From: Stegostoma tigrinum
Taxonomy: Eukaryota
Reading direction: 5' to 3'
Length of the DNA: 64,000 nucleotides
Assembly (NCBI RefSeq): GCF_030684315.1
Contig: NC_081359.1
Span: 37,582,470 to 37,646,469 of the forward strand
Shown here: positions 39,901-54,049 of the stretch, in pieces
How the letters are laid out: every line of letters starts with the position of its first letter
Numbering within the stretch: position 1 is the first letter of the stretch
Translations under genes and position numbers: made by a program
Notes under the pieces: model-generated
Told to the model about the DNA's origin: nothing
Database searches by the model: none
Seen by the model: only the letters and a program-made list of their open reading frames with translations

Positions 39901-40455
39901 ATAACTTTAAATAAAAACTTTACCATGACTTTTTAAATATCTATGTACATGGACGATTTAGCATTATAGACCTGAACTGTAGCCATATTTTTAAAATTAT
40001 TTTGAAATGACTTTGAATTATCATTTCTGGATAGCAGAAGCAGCTTGATTAGTTTCTCCAAAAACAGCTGGCTCAGAATTACACTGTGGCCATACAACCC
40101 TTCAAGGAGTAACAGGTTGAAGATTTCAATGAGTTTCCAAGACTTATGGTGGAAACTAGACAAAACACAAAATCTAATAGCATCATCTGTGCTGGCATAG
40201 GATCATTTTGTCAACAGGAAGGAAGATTCAGATTTTATACAACTGGTTGAAGTGTCTTCTATTCTTATCATCATTGAAGAATGTTTCAAGCTCTCATCTT
40301 TTAAAACAAAACTGTCAGTTCATGTGACAGATGGTGCTGTATGAGCAACTATTGTTTTGAATCATGACTGGTGTAAAAATGTCTAGTTAACCAGAAAAAT
40401 ATCAAAAGAGAGTTACTGAATATATCAATGCTAATCAACAAGTTGACATTGTCAG

Positions 40456-41420
40456 TTTTTTTTAACTCACTCAGGGAATGTGGGCATTGTTGGCTCGATC
40501 AAAATGTGCTGCTTATCCCTGCTCAGCTCAAGTTATCCTTGAGAATGTAGTGGTGAGCTGACTTCTTGAACTGGGTCCTTGAGCTGTAAATACAACCACA
40601 ACTTAATTAAGGAGGGATTTCCAGGAGTTTGAACCAGCAATAATGAAGAAACAATGATATTTTCCATGTCTGGATGGTGAGGGTCCCATGCATCTGCTGC
40701 CCTTGGCCTTCTAGGTGGAAAGGGTCATGGGTTTGGAAGATGCTAAATATGGATCTTCGCTGAATTTCTGAAATGCATCTTGTAACTGGTACACACTTCT
40801 GCTACAGACCGCCATTGGTGGAGGGAGTGGATGTTTGTAGATGTGCCACTCAAACAGGCTGCTTTGTCCTGGATGGTGTCAAGCTTTTTGATTGTTGTTG
40901 GAGCTTCACTCATCTATACAAGTAGAGAATTATTCTAGCATTTTTTGACTTATACTTTCTAGATGGCAGATAGTTACTTGCTGCAGTATCCTAAGCCTCT
41001 GTCTTGTCACAATATTTAGACATTTGGTTAAATACAATTTCTGGTCAGTGGTAACTCCACTAATTGTGGAGGTTCAGTGTGGTAACTTCACTGAATGTCA
41101 AGAGACAATGTTTAGATTCTCTCTACTTGGAGATGCTCATTGTCTGGTATTTGTGTAATGTAAATGTTACTTGCCACTTTTCAGTCCAGGCTGGGGCTTG
41201 TTGCATTTGTACATACTCTGTTTCTGAGTTACATCCAAGGTATTGTGAATTATGCTGCACGTCTTGCAATCAGTGGCCAATGTACCTTTATTCTGATCGT
41301 GTGAAGGAGGAAAGTTCATTGATGAAGCAACTGAAGGTGTTTTGTCCCAGGACACTCTCCAGACCCAACCCCTCTCCTTCCTGCACATTTAAAAACTTAA
41401 CCAAGAGCTCATTGCCCACT
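40456..41420 (-). mobile_element. 3' kilobase of the tRNA-headed LINE family
   Basis: Collinear with 52280-53098 and extends into the RT segment missing from that copy. Confidence 0.8.
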
Positions 41421-42423
41421 GTCACTGCAAGCCCGCACCAACCACATTCTGGCATAGGCAGCTTTTCCCAAACTCAGTTGTTTGTTTTGTTTTTAACAGA
41501 TGGTAGGCTAGGTGCTGATTTTGTTGGCTGAATACAACACCCATTGTTTTATGGGAATGAGCTCAGGGTTGTGTAGGGAGTGTTCAGCTGGGCACCCCTG
41601 TACTACATGATGTCTGCTTAAAACACTTTCAAAATAGGCATGAAATATCCAGTATGATGCCAAATGTAAATCTTATGCTATTCGTGTAATGGAGTTGGCT
41701 TGGAGGATATTTACCAAAATCAAAAAATGCTGTTTCAGGAAAAAATATACACAATTTTCTTCATATTAAAATGTCATTTTATTATGTGCTTACGTAAATC
41801 TCATGGAATATCTTAGATATGAAATTAACAGCAACTTTTTTACTTCTCAGTGTGCACACATGCTGAAATTTTATCATTGCACTGATTACTGCGGCTCAGT
41901 TAAATATATATATAAAGTTTGCCATTGAATAAACAGTGAATACACATTCATTCCAAGTTTCTTGCAAATTCTATGGTCACAAATTCGCCTAAGATTGCTC
42001 ATGGCTAAAACTCACTTCTGTCTTTGGGTATTGACAGTTCTTGTTGTCTCCATAAAGCCCGTGACAGTAGCCTGTTTGCGATCAAGGTTCAATAAAGGAC
42101 TTTAATTTGCAGTTGCCTTGGATACCAAAGGTGATTTTTATCTTATGTCTCCTTTGGCTCTGTCATTCTTCCTGGCGATGGTGCTTTTGCAGTGTTTTGA
42201 TGCTTTTACAGATTTAGTTGGGAAGGAATTCAATTGAATTTATTTTATAATTGCTGAAAGAGCAAAGACACATTTTGTTGAAGATTTACAGTGAATTGTA
42301 GCATTGTTATGATGTTTATTATGTTGGTTGCATGTCTTAAAGATTGATGGATTGTATCAAATCATGTTTCTGTTCTGCTGTTTGCAGCAACCAAAGTAGT
42401 GAACATACCCATTTCACTTCAGT

Positions 42424-42520
42424 TTTGACAGGGAGTCATCTCAGCTCAAAATGTTAGCTTGTTTTCTCTCTGCGGATGCTGCCTGACCTGATGTGATCTC
42501 CAGAATTTTTTTGTTTTCAG
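42424..42520 (+). mobile_element. Diverged PLE pLTR end (possible further family)
   Basis: gagtcatctcagctcaaaatgttagc...ggatgctgcctgacctg...tccagaatttttt. Confidence 0.5.
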
Positions 42521-42783
42521 AAGGGAGTGTAACCAGTTCTTGTAAAACTCAAACATAGTCCCCAATATCACATCAGATTCTGAAAATGGACAGCATATGC
42601 TAAATAATCCTAAATATGTTAAAGATTATACTTATGACCAATTTAGGATTGTTAACTGTTCTAAAACACTCGATGATAAATACATTAATTCGCAAGACCC
42701 TGTTCTTAGTAGAAAGAAGAAGAAAATGTAGCCATGTTGTGTCTATCTCAATGTGAAAAAAATAGGCAGCAACATTCTAGGAA

Positions 42784-42923
42784 GAGATAGTAGGAACTGC
42801 TGATGCTGGAGTCTGAGATAACAAGGAAATTTCTGAAGAAAGGTCCAGACCCAAAACGTCAGGTTTCCTGCTCCTATGATGCTGCCTGGCCTGCTGTATT
42901 TATCCAGCTCTACACCTTGTTAT
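42784..42923. mobile_element. Mini two-armed PLE insertion (43-nt tailed left arm, tail-less right arm)
   Basis: TSD aacattctaggaa (42771-42783) / aacattctaagaa (42924-42936). Confidence 0.88.
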
Positions 42924-43104
42924 AACATTCTAAGAATCCTTAGTTTTATGCCTTGACCAAGCAGACACAATTTGGCTTGCTTAGTTTGAAATTGTAGCAG
43001 TTAACTGTCAGTCAGCATCATACTGTTGTGTTCTCCATGAAATGTCTAATATGCCAATCAATCAGCACTCTTTTCATACAATATAAAATTTTGTTCCCTT
43101 TTAG

Positions 43105-43360
43105 GCAGGTATGAAATTTGCACTCAGAATCTATAATTTAAAACTAGCCTAATGGCAACCATGAGACAAATGTCAGTTGTTGTAAAAAAAATCTGGTCAC
43201 TAATGCCCTTTAAGGGAGGTGACCGCACAAACCTTAACTTTTACTGATCTACATGTAGTGCCAGATCCACAGCAATAGTGGTGACTCCTTTCTATCATCT
43301 GGGAAATTGATTATTAACAATAAATGTGGACACACCAAAATTTCATGAACAAATAAAAAA
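43105..43360 (+). mobile_element. 5'-eroded bipartite SINE
   Basis: aatctggtcactaatgccctttaaggga...tccacagcaat...caataaatgtgg...catgaacaaataaaaaa. Confidence 0.6.
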
Positions 43361-44260
43361 ATGACATTCTTGCAAATTAACCTGATGAGTGCAATGCAAG
43401 CTGAAAGCTTTGAAAGAAGAATTTGTTTTTTCGACAACACTCAAGACACTACTCCACATTAATATTGTTTTATTTTATTATCTGAAGTTTCCTTCAAATT
43501 TGCAAAGAATTAACTCCTAGAAATAGAAAGGGTGGAATCTTCCTGGTGCACCCTGAGATTTTAGAAGACTGAACAGAGGTTCTAGTCAGGTGGGATGCAA
43601 ACTCATGTGAGTTAAAATTTTGCTATTATGTTTTCAGATCTTCCAGTTGAGTCAAGTTACCAATCCCAATCAGCAGATCCATTTCTACCTTCCACCTTCA
43701 TCAACATGACATGAGCCTGCATTAACAACCCAGCCCACTGGATTTACATTCTGAGATCCAATAATGCTACTGAAGAATATGAAACAGCTATATAGGAAAA
43801 ACATGTACCTGGCAGGGTGGAATGCTTCCATCAACTTCAAGAGAGCAAAACCTTCTTCATTAACTTGTCTCCTTGAAAACAAAGCTATCTAATATATAAG
43901 AACTGCATCACACAGGGTAATGCAGAGTAAATAGATTCACTTTGTGCTCTTTGATGCATAGGCTTAAAACAATACTAAAATAAAGGCCTCCATGTACTGA
44001 TGACAACAGGCAAGTTTTGGAAGAAGCCAGGAACAACCAAGTAAATGTCCAAAGCTGCCATTGACTATAAGCAAATGCCAATTGCAACATATATATCTTA
44101 TCCCTGCTCATTTTATCATAGACCTGTTATTCTGTATCAAATACAATGAATCTGAAACCAGCAGCAGTCTTAGAATTACAAAATCACAGAACTCTTATTG
44201 CACAAAAAGAGGCCATTCAGGCCCATCGTGTCTGTACAGATGTTCAAATGGGCATCATAA

Positions 44261-47200
44261 ATTAGTGACTGTAACAAGTTCATCCAGGGAGACATCATAA
44301 AATACGACTTCCCTGATGAGAGCTGTTAAGATCGCCCAATCAGAGAGCTCTGGCTGGCCGATAGAAACAGGAGCAACATAGATTCTGGTCATTCTCTGAC
44401 AGCTGGCTGTGAAGAAGCCAGACCAGTGTCAAATGCTATGCACTTGTCAATAAAGGGTAAATTGGTGACCAAATACCAGCCTCTGTGCAGTTATTTCTGT
44501 GGCAGTGAAAGAAAAAATGTGCTCCTGAAGAAATATACTTGGAACAGCCGTCTTTGAGTTGGGATATGCATTCCTGGCATTGTGCCATTACTTTGGAAGT
44601 TTGACTGTTTGGTCCTGCTGTTGAAGACTGAGCACAGGATGTGGAAAGAATGTTTCAGAGGTAGTAGGAACTGCAGATGCTTGAGAATCTGAGATAACAA
44701 GGTGTAGAGCTGGATGAACACAGCTGGCCAAGCAGCATCAGAGGAGCAGGAAGGCTGACGTTTCGTGCCTAGATCCTTCAGCTCTTTTTCAGAAAAAAAT
44801 GCTTTTTTTTTCTGGGCAAATGATATTAGGGCAGATGAAAAATAATGTGTAATTCTTCTGACAGCTTGCAGACCCACAGCTTTTTTGGTTATTAGGAGCT
44901 GAATATTTCCAGAGGCATCAGATACTAAAACCTTTCAAGAGTTCAAGGATTTAGTCCCGAAATATTATGACCCCAGGTCTCCTCTAATTGTGAGATGCTG
45001 TCAATTTTACTTGGCAATTGAAAAACCTGGAGAATCTGTTCCAAGAATTGTGACAGGAATAAGACACTTGGCAGAGGTAAGTAATTTTGGCTTAACGAGA
45101 TGGTGAGAGACCAGATGGTATGTGGGATTAATGATGTAACGGTACAAAAGCACCTACTAGCTGAAGCCCAACTAGACTTCAAACAGGCACTACATTTAGT
45201 TTTATTATTAGAAAATGTGGCAAGTGGAGCATATGAGTTACAGGGTATGCCGATGGAAGGCTGGTTAAGCTTAGGGAATGTCACTTGAGTGAAGGCAATT
45301 GCACTGCCTCACTTCGGACATATCCTGAACAGAGGGACTCTAGGTCAGTCCACAGCAAAACAGCAAAACAAAACCAAGCCATGGCCAAATGGTTGACATT
45401 TTCTTCAGGATCCACGCCGGCAAGCCACTATGGTTGCTGCCAGTAGGTGAACTCAAGACGACAACTAGGCCTAAATTGTTTGAGAAAATTCATGGGCCGG
45501 TATTCAAAAGAATGCACGCCCTGAAAATCCCACTTACATCTGACTTAGCACACTTATATTGCTTAGCAAAATTCAAATCAGCACCAGTCCAAATTAATTT
45601 TTAGTTACATGTCAATTGGTTCTAATGAGGTTGATACAGGTGCCATTATATCAGTGATTGCTGAATCAATCTTTCACAAAATTCTCTTTGGAATCCAGCA
45701 CTTAGGTTTGTGTGAAACCTTGGCTAAATTCAGAACCTACATAGGGGAACCTTTACAGATTAAAGGCACAACTTTGATTTCAGTCTCGTATGAGAAGCAG
45801 CTGGCTCAGGTACCACTGACCCTAGTAAAAGGCTCAGGCCCAAGCTTGATGGGGTGAAATTGTTTGAGAAAAATTCACACAGATTTGTTCCACATTTTCT
45901 GATTTAAAAATTCATTAATTTGGTGAAGCCTTAATTAAATACCAGGAAGTTTTTCAGGAAGTCTGGGATGATCAAGGGAGCCAAATCCACCTTGTATGTT
46001 GGCCCGGAAGTAATTCCATGATTATGCAAAGCCAGCCCAGTGCCATTTGCATTACATACAAAGGTAGATGCAGCACCGGCCTTACTGATTATGAAGCCTG
46101 ACCAGTCAGTTTGCCTTAGTGGGCAACTTAGTCAACAGGAAACTGCTTCTTACAGCTGGATAAATACCTCACCTGACACAAAGAGGACTTGCATGCAAAG
46201 CTGGACATGAGCGATATGTACCCCCACTTGAGGTTAGATAAGGATTCTCAGACATATACTACAATTAATACCCATTAGGGTTTGTACCAATATATGAGAC
46301 TGCCATTTGGGTATCGTCAGCCTCTGCCATTTTTGGTGGACAATGGAGAACATTTTATAAGTCCTACCCCACGTCACAATTTATCTGGATGACATGCGAA
46401 TAACAGTGAAGACCAATAAAAAGCACTTTGAGAACCTGGGCATAATCCTTAGATATTTCTTCAAGGCAAGCATATACCAAAACATAGCCTTTAGAGAAAT
46501 GAAAAAATAAATCATCATCTGAGGCATTGGCAAACACTGATCCCAACAGAGATTTGGTCCTGACATGCAATGCCTCCCCATATGGCATCAGGTTAGTTTT
46601 GGCTCACAGATGGCCCAACAGAGAGGAATGCCCAATGCGAATGCTTCCTGGACTTTGGCTGATGAAGAGACAAAATATGCACAGATAGAGTAGAAGGTTT
46701 GGCCAACATATTTGGTGTGAGAAAGTTCCATCAATATTGTTATGGATATAAATTTGCAATCATAACAGGCCCTTGCTGAGGCTACTCAAAGAGGACACAG
46801 CCATGACATCCACGGCTTCAGGTTGAACTTAGGGGTGGGCTGTCATTCTCAGGGCATACAATTACAAGTGGGAACACCACCCAGGAGGCCAAGTAGCAAA
46901 TGCAGATGCCTTGAGCAATCTCCACTGGCAGAAGTACCACCGATGGTGCCACCACTAGAAGACTTCATTATAATTTTAATTTTTCTGGACCCCATCTGGT
47001 CACTGCTGACAATATCAGACTATAGAAATAAAACAATCTGGTCCTGGCAAAACGGTTGGTAGTGATGGGGGACAAAAAAAGGACTACTGCAACCAGAATT
47101 GAAACCTCTTGAGACTAGCCAAACTAGATCTCCACAGAGAATGGCAGGAATGCATTATTATGGGGAGCAAAACTCCTAAACAAAGGTTGGCACCAGATTC

Positions 47201-48615
47201 TAGCTGAACTCCACCAAAGTTGACCAGGGATGCTCGAAATAAATATTTTGGAAGACAGTTATGTCTGGTGTAACCAGCATAGGTTGCAGACGTAGCCATA
47301 TTAGTGCAGCAGTGCCCAGAGTGCTGACAAAGACAGAAATTACCATCAGCATCTCCCTGACATTTGTGGGAATGGCCATGTAAACCATCAATTCGATTAT
47401 ACACCAAAATTCTGACCTTTTCATGTGGTCAATGTTCTTAGTTATTGTGGATGTGCACTCAAAGTGGATAGAATTCATTTGTCAAACATGGGAAGATGAT
47501 AGAAAAGCTGCAAGTACGTTTTGCAGTACACACACTCCTGGATGTTGGTCACAGGCAATGGACAATCATTTATCAGCAGACAATTTGTGTACTTTGTAAA
47601 GTCCAATAGCATTCAGCATATAAAGACTTCCCCATACCATCCATCGTCGAATAGTCTGGCAGAAAGAGTAATCTAAACTTTGAGGACAGGCTTAAAGAAA
47701 CAGCCTACAGCTTCACTCAATACCAAACTGTCCCAATTCCTATTGGATTATGGGACTACCTCTCACGCAACTACAGGGATAACTCCAGCAGAGCTGCTAA
47801 TAGGGAGAAGACTCTGCACCAGGTTAAATCTGATCTTCCTGGACCTTGGCTGGGGGTGGAGGCTGGGGCTGCACTGATGTCAAATGGTGGCAGGAATACA
47901 ACAGAGTGCAAGACTCCTCTATGCATGAGACACAGTTTACTTGAGGAGACCAAGTTTGGTGCTGAAACCGTGGAAATGATCCTTCATGTGTGAGAGTCAT
48001 GGTCAATGTGAAGTCAGACTCCGTGATGTACAAAGGTTTGGTCGGTGAAGCGGTCTTGAACAAGTATGTGGGCTACATGAAAGCTGCAGACTCTTAAACG
48101 AGCAGGAACAAAACACACCCTGCCCTCAGAACAGCCAGGAAGGCTGTCAGAACCTCTAGGTTCACCCCCTTTTTCCAGCATTGAAGAAATCTTGGACTTT
48201 TAAATGGACACCAGAGGATGTTGCAGCCTCAATGCCTCTACCACTGAAAGAAGATGATGAATTTCTTCTACGACACTCTGGCTGCAGGAGGCAAACTATG
48301 GTCTGAAGCACACCACCCATGCCCAAGTCTGATTCAGGGGAACCAGATCCAGTGTAAAAACACACTAGGAGGTGCTACAGGAAAAAGAACAGCTCTATAT
48401 CCCCAGACTCAGAGGAGGACTGATGCGGTGATTGTAATGAGGTCAGCCAGATGGACCGCTCAAATATGAGTTCCCTGATTGGGACTGTTAACCTGGCCCA
48501 ATCAGGGATTTCTGGCTGACAGAAATCTGTTCTGTCTGAAACCTGGCAAGTATTATACACATGTAAATAAAAGATGACTTGGTGACAGGATACTTGCCAA
48601 TGTGAAGGTATTTCA
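44261..48615 (+). mobile_element. Full-length decayed Gypsy LTR retrotransposon inserted in a CR1 3' end
   Basis: LTRs 44261-44498 and 48424-48615; PBS-like tggcagtgaaag; purine tract 48410-48423; TSD cataa/catga; gag RDQMVCGIND, protease VDTGA, RT YLDD, RNase H CNASPYG, integrase PYHPSSNSLAER. Confidence 0.9.
44657..44785 (-). mobile_element. Solo tailed PLE family A 3' end inside the Gypsy gag region
   Basis: gaggtagtaggaactgcagatgc...ctgacgtttcgtgcctagatccttca. Confidence 0.88.
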
Positions 48616-48759
48616 CATGACGTAGTGCCATTTCTATAGTCTCTTCCCATATACTTGCATCTTGTTTCTATTTAAATTTTCATCCATTGCTCTTTTGAAT
48701 GCTCCAGTTGAACTGCCTCTACTATACTTCCAGGCAATGCGTTTCAGACTGAATCACCA

Positions 48760-49520
48760 CTCAGGGATATCTTGCTACAATTGTACAGGGCCTTAGTGAG
48801 ACCATGCCTGGAGGACTGTGTGCAGTTTTGTTCCCATTAACTACAGGCTTGCCAAAGTGGAAATGCAGTGAAGAGTCATTAGGCTGATACCAGGAATGGT
48901 GGCTCCATCTTTTGTTTCATTAGGTTTTTATTAATTAGGGTTTAGAAAGATGAGACTGATCTTTTTTATGTCCCAAACTCTCAATATTGCAATCGGTTTG
49001 TGCTCAAATAACAAGAGTTTCAGCTTATTAGGGTGTTTACAAGGGCATACAGGACACTTGCTTTTATCAGTCAAGGCATAGATTTTATGACGGAAGTAAT
49101 CCAAGAGACATCCAGACTTTGGTTAAGCCCCAGTGGAGTACTGTGTGCATTTCTGGGTACCACACTGTAGGAAGGATGAGATTGCACTGGAGGAGGTGCA
49201 GAGGGGACTCATGAGGATATGGGATGGAACACATTAGCTATGAAGGGGGCCAGAATTATTTTCACTGGAGCAGAGAAAGGTGAGAGGGAAGCTCACTGAG
49301 GTGAATAAGAGATTACAGGTAAGGACATATTGCATTGGAACCATCTGAAGCAACAATAACAAGGGGACATTTTATAAGGTGAAAGGCAGGAGGTTTAGAG
49401 GGAATTTAAGGAAAAATCTTTTCACCCAAACAGTAGTGTAAGTTTGGAATGCACTGTCTGGGAGAACAGTTGAGGGGAGTAACTGTGGGATGTTTAAAAG
49501 TGGTTGAATGAGCACTTAAA
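48760..49520 (+). mobile_element. Decayed CR1 3' fragments
   Basis: LQLYRALVRPCLEDCVQF; HCRKDEIALEEVQR; FSLEQRKVRG. Confidence 0.75.
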
Positions 49521-49529
49521 ATGTTACAA

Positions 49530-50310
49530 TTGTCTGTGCTTTGTGCACTTTAACCAGTTTATGTATTAAAATGCTTTACCCAAGCACTCTTGTTGGTGAA
49601 ATGGTAAAAAGATAGAACGCAAAATTGGATTTGCAGTTCAGCTTTATTTTATTAACAATATATTCCTTATTAAACATACCATGTCAACATTTCTCAAATT
49701 CCCATAAGATTTGCCCCCTATCTGGGTCTGTCCATCTGAGAAAGTATATTACCCACAGTGATCCACCAATTTGAGCTGGGTCTTTGGAATCTACCCCCTC
49801 TCTGATGTAGGGCAGGCTGTCCTCCACTAAGGTCAGTCTCTCAGGTTGGTACAGATCTTCTCCTGAATTGCTGCATGGTCTTCTGCCACAATTCTTGCTG
49901 TGAGATCATTGAGGGTGTGTTTTGTACCTCTTGACCCAAACCTCCCTGGATGTTTCTATGACCTTTGGCCAACAGAGGCATGATATAGCTTCAAATCATC
50001 AATTGAGGTCACACTGACTCCCTTCGGGGATGTCGAAAGTGCACATCTTCAGGCACTGGCTGGAAGTCAAAGTGCCAGAAAGTCTGATCAATCCTCTGCC
50101 CATATACAATCCCCAGGCAGGTTGTAACCAATTCTGCCCGAACATTTGTGATTTTTTTGACTTCAGTTTTCACTCTTCTCTGTAGCTGATAACTGTTGAC
50201 TGCTGTTTGGTATAGTTTGGCCAATTTGCTGTCAGACTCGATATCTCCAGCTATAGATCAATTTAGAATTTCAAATTTTGGACTTGTCATTGCTCATCCA
50301 CATAATATTA
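49530..50310 (-). mobile_element. Possible Gypsy 3' remnant (integrase end, purine tract, LTR)
   Basis: ...PERLTL*-like ORF end near 49830-49850, agatagggggc tract, then an AATAAA-containing block. Confidence 0.35.
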
Positions 50311-50329
50311 AAGGCTAAGGGCCCAATGC

Positions 50330-51210
50330 AGGAATGTGGGGCGAGTGTGAATTTACTGTAGCTTTGATGATATAGACCTGATGGGCCAAAGTCCCTCCTA
50401 TCTCCTCCATGATTATATGATTTAGCCAATTGAGCCAGCTCTGCCACTTAATGAGATCATTGCTGATCTGATAATACACAATTCCACTCTCCTTCCTTTT
50501 CATCATAACAACTCAATACGGGAAGAATGTTTTAGAACATAGAACAGTACAGCACAGAACAGGCCCTTCAGCCCACGATATTGTGCCGACCATTGATCCT
50601 CATGTATGCACCCTCAAATTTCTATAGAACATAGAACAGTCTTCTGGGGTATCTAGAACCAGAGGACACTAAGGATACAGAATAGACAGTCTAGGTCTGA
50701 GATGAGTTTAGGTTTTTCTCAAAGGGCAGCAAACCTGTGGAATTCTCCACCACAGGAGGCAGTGCATGCCAAGTAACCGAATATTTTGAAGAAAGATTTT
50801 TTTGAGGAGTATGGAGACAATGTTAAAATATATGTAGGACCTGTCATGATCATATTGAAAGGTGAAGCAGATTCAAAGGGCTGAATGGTTGACTGTTGCT
50901 CCTAGTTTCTATGCTTCACTGTCAAGAAAAACGTTTCTGTCACATGATATTTGTTTCCTTTGTTGGTCACTTTGAATCTGTGCCTCTAATTCTCAACCTT
51001 TTACAAATGGTAAAAGTTTGTCATGATCTACTCCATTTCAGTTCCTTGTTGTTTTGAAAACCTCTACGGAATGACCTCGTAGCCTTCTCCTCTCTAATGA
51101 GAACAATCCCAACCTCTCCAGGTTATCCTCATAACTGAAGTTCATCATCTCTGGAGACATTCTTTTAAATTGGTTCTGTCCTCTCTCCAATATATCCACA
51201 TCTACAGTAC
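50330..51210. mobile_element. Mixed small CR1 3' fragments
   Basis: tagaacatagaacagtacagcacagaacaggccc at 50533; ctgtggaattctccaccacag; ggctgaatggttgactgttgctcctagtttctatg. Confidence 0.65.
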
Positions 51211-53098
51211 AGTATCCAGGTTGCTTTCACAAGACCCAGAACACAAAAGGTAAGGAGAAAAAAAAAATAACCGCAGAATTAGCCATGTGTGTCAGCATGG
51301 TGCATCTGTCGATGAACAAGCAACTTGTGAAACGGGGAACCACATCTTCAACAATGTCAGCCACTCTCCAGAAAAGGGTGTGCAGAAAGCATTCCAGCTA
51401 CCTGCTAATGAGTGAAAGTCAGTGCAGGAGACATCATCACAAAACTAGAGAAGCTGGCACCTAGATCTGCTTGCCTTCTCACTTCTACGCATATGCACAT
51501 AAGATGGTTCAGTGCCTGAGGAGTCATGACTGAGTTGAAAATTGTGCAATCATCAGTGGCCATCCCAAATTCTAACCTAATGATACAGGAAACATCATTA
51601 ATGAAACAGCTTCAAGTCTCATTTGCTCTAGAACTGTGTCATAACATCGCTGAACAGGTTCATGCAGAAAATACCTACACTGAGGAATTCCTGCAGAAAT
51701 GTACTGAGAGTGAGATGATTACCATCCACAACCAGGATATGGATCAAGAAAGATACACTCTGCTTGTGAGAAGACAAAGAAGACAGGAGTAACTTGTCAC
51801 ATTGAATGAGAGAAATTGCTCAAAACTCATCAATTTCTAACCTTGGTGACTGGGGACATTTAGATGAAACTGTTTTCTTAAACAATATATGTAAATTGAA
51901 CAACAATATAGAAAGCTAAAGCAGTGAATCTCATAAAATAAACATTGAAATTTATGCAAGGATCCTTCCAAATATTTTCCTACCTGTTTTGCCTTTAAAA
52001 CAGGGTCTTTGTACTGGGCATCAGTCAGGTCCAGAGGAAGGGGCAATGGCTTCTTACAGTCACAGAGCCGTGGCAGTGCACAACACGGAAACAGAGCCTT
52101 CATCCATGCTGACCAAATGGCCTAAATTAATCAATTCCCATTTGCCAGCGTTTGGCCCAAATCCCTCTAAATCCTTACTACTTACATACCCCATCAAAAG
52201 CCTTTTAAATGTTGTAATTTTACCAGCCTCCATCATCTCCTCTTACAGCTCATTCCATACAAGCACCACTCTACATGAAATTTTTTTTTTCAGTCGTTTG
52301 TGGGATGTAGGCATTGCTGACTGGACAGCATTGCTTGCCCATCCCAAGTTGCCCTTGAGAACGTGGTGGTGAACTGCCTTCTTGAACCACTGCAGTCCTC
52401 CTGCTGTGGGTTGATCTACAATGCCCTTAGGGAGGGAATTCCAGGATTTTGACCAAGTGACAGTGAAGGAACGATGATGTATTTCGAAGTCAGGATAGTG
52501 AGTGACTTGGAGGAGAACTTGGAGGTAGTGGTGTTCCCATATATCTGCTGCCGCTAACCTTCTAGATGGAAGTGGCTGTGTGTTTGGAAGGTGCTGACTG
52601 AGGATCTTTGGTGAATTTCTGCTGTGCATCTTGTAGATAGTACACACTGCTGCTACTGAGCGTTGGTGGTGGAGGGAGTGAATGCCTGTGGATGTAATAT
52701 AATCAAGTGGGCTGCTTTGTCCGGGATAGTGTCAAGCTTCTTGAGTGTTGTTGGGGCCGCACTCATCCAGGTAAGTGGGGAGTATTCTACCACACTCCTG
52801 ACTTGTGTCTTGTAGATGGTGGTCAGGCTTTGAGGCATCAGGAGGTGAGTTACTCGCTGCAGTATTCCCAGCTTCTGGCCTGCCCTTGTGGCCACTGTGT
52901 TTATGTGGTGAGTACAGTTAAGTTTCCCATCAATAGTAACCCCCGGGATGTTAACAGTGTGGGACTCAGTGATGGTAACACCATTGAATATCAAGGGACG
53001 GTGGTTAGATTGTCACTTATTGGTGATGGTCATAGTCTGGCATTTGTATGACGCGAATGTCACTTGCCACTTGTCAGCCTCAAACTGAATATTATGCA

Positions 53099-53223
53099 GA
53101 GATAATGGGAACTGCAGATGCTAGAGTATCTAAGATAACAGAGTGTGAAGCTAGCTGAACACAGCAGGCCAAACTGCATCTCAGGAGCACAAAAGCTGAC
53201 GTTTCGGGCCTAGACCCTTCATC
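53099..53223 (-). mobile_element. Solo tailed PLE family A 3' end, coinciding with a deletion in the host LINE
   Basis: gagataatgggaactgcagatgc...ctgacgtttcgggcctagacccttcatc; LINE sequence present after 41200 is absent here. Confidence 0.9.
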
Positions 53224-54049
53224 CACGACCGTCTTCCTACGTGACAGGTATGACTCCAATTACCGGAGTGTTTGCCCCCGATACCCATTGGTTCCAGTTT
53301 TGCTAGGGCTCCTTGATGCCACACTTGTTTAAATGCAGCCTTGATATCAAAGGTTATCACTCTCCCCTCACCTTTAGAATTCAGCTTTTTTGTCCATGTT
53401 TGAACCAAGGCTGTAATGAAATGAGGAACTGAGTGGCCTCCGCGGAACCCAGACTGGGCGTCACAGAGCAGGTTATTTATGAGCAGATGCTGCTTGATAG
53501 CACTGTTGGTGACACATTCCATCACTTTACTGATGATCAAAAGTAGACTGATGGGGCAGTCATTAGCTGGGATGGATTTGTCCTGCTTTTTGTGTACAGG
53601 ATATACTTGGGCAATTTGCCACATTGTCAGGTAGATATCAGTGTCCCCTCCTCCCACCCCAAGCCCCACACCCATCTCCTACCTACTAACCTCATCCTGC
53701 CCTCTTGACCTCCTTGTCCTCCCTGAATTGACCTATTTCCTCTACATCCCAACCTGCACTCACCTCTACTTGCTCCATCCCTGCCTCTGACCTGTCTGTC
53801 TCCCCTCCACCTATCTTCTCCTCTACCTATCTTCTATCTGCCTCACCCTGTCTCCTTATTTATTCCCCTCCCCCATTTCTGAAGAAAGGTCTAGGCCCAA
53901 AATGTCAGCCTTCCTATTCCTCACCTTGTTATTTCAGATTGTCCAGCATCTGCAGTTCCTACTATCTCAAAAACAATTCTAACCCCACTGCGAAGCCTCT
54001 TCTAAGGATTCCTACTCAGAAGAAGCTACCCTCCTCCCTCCAAAACAAC

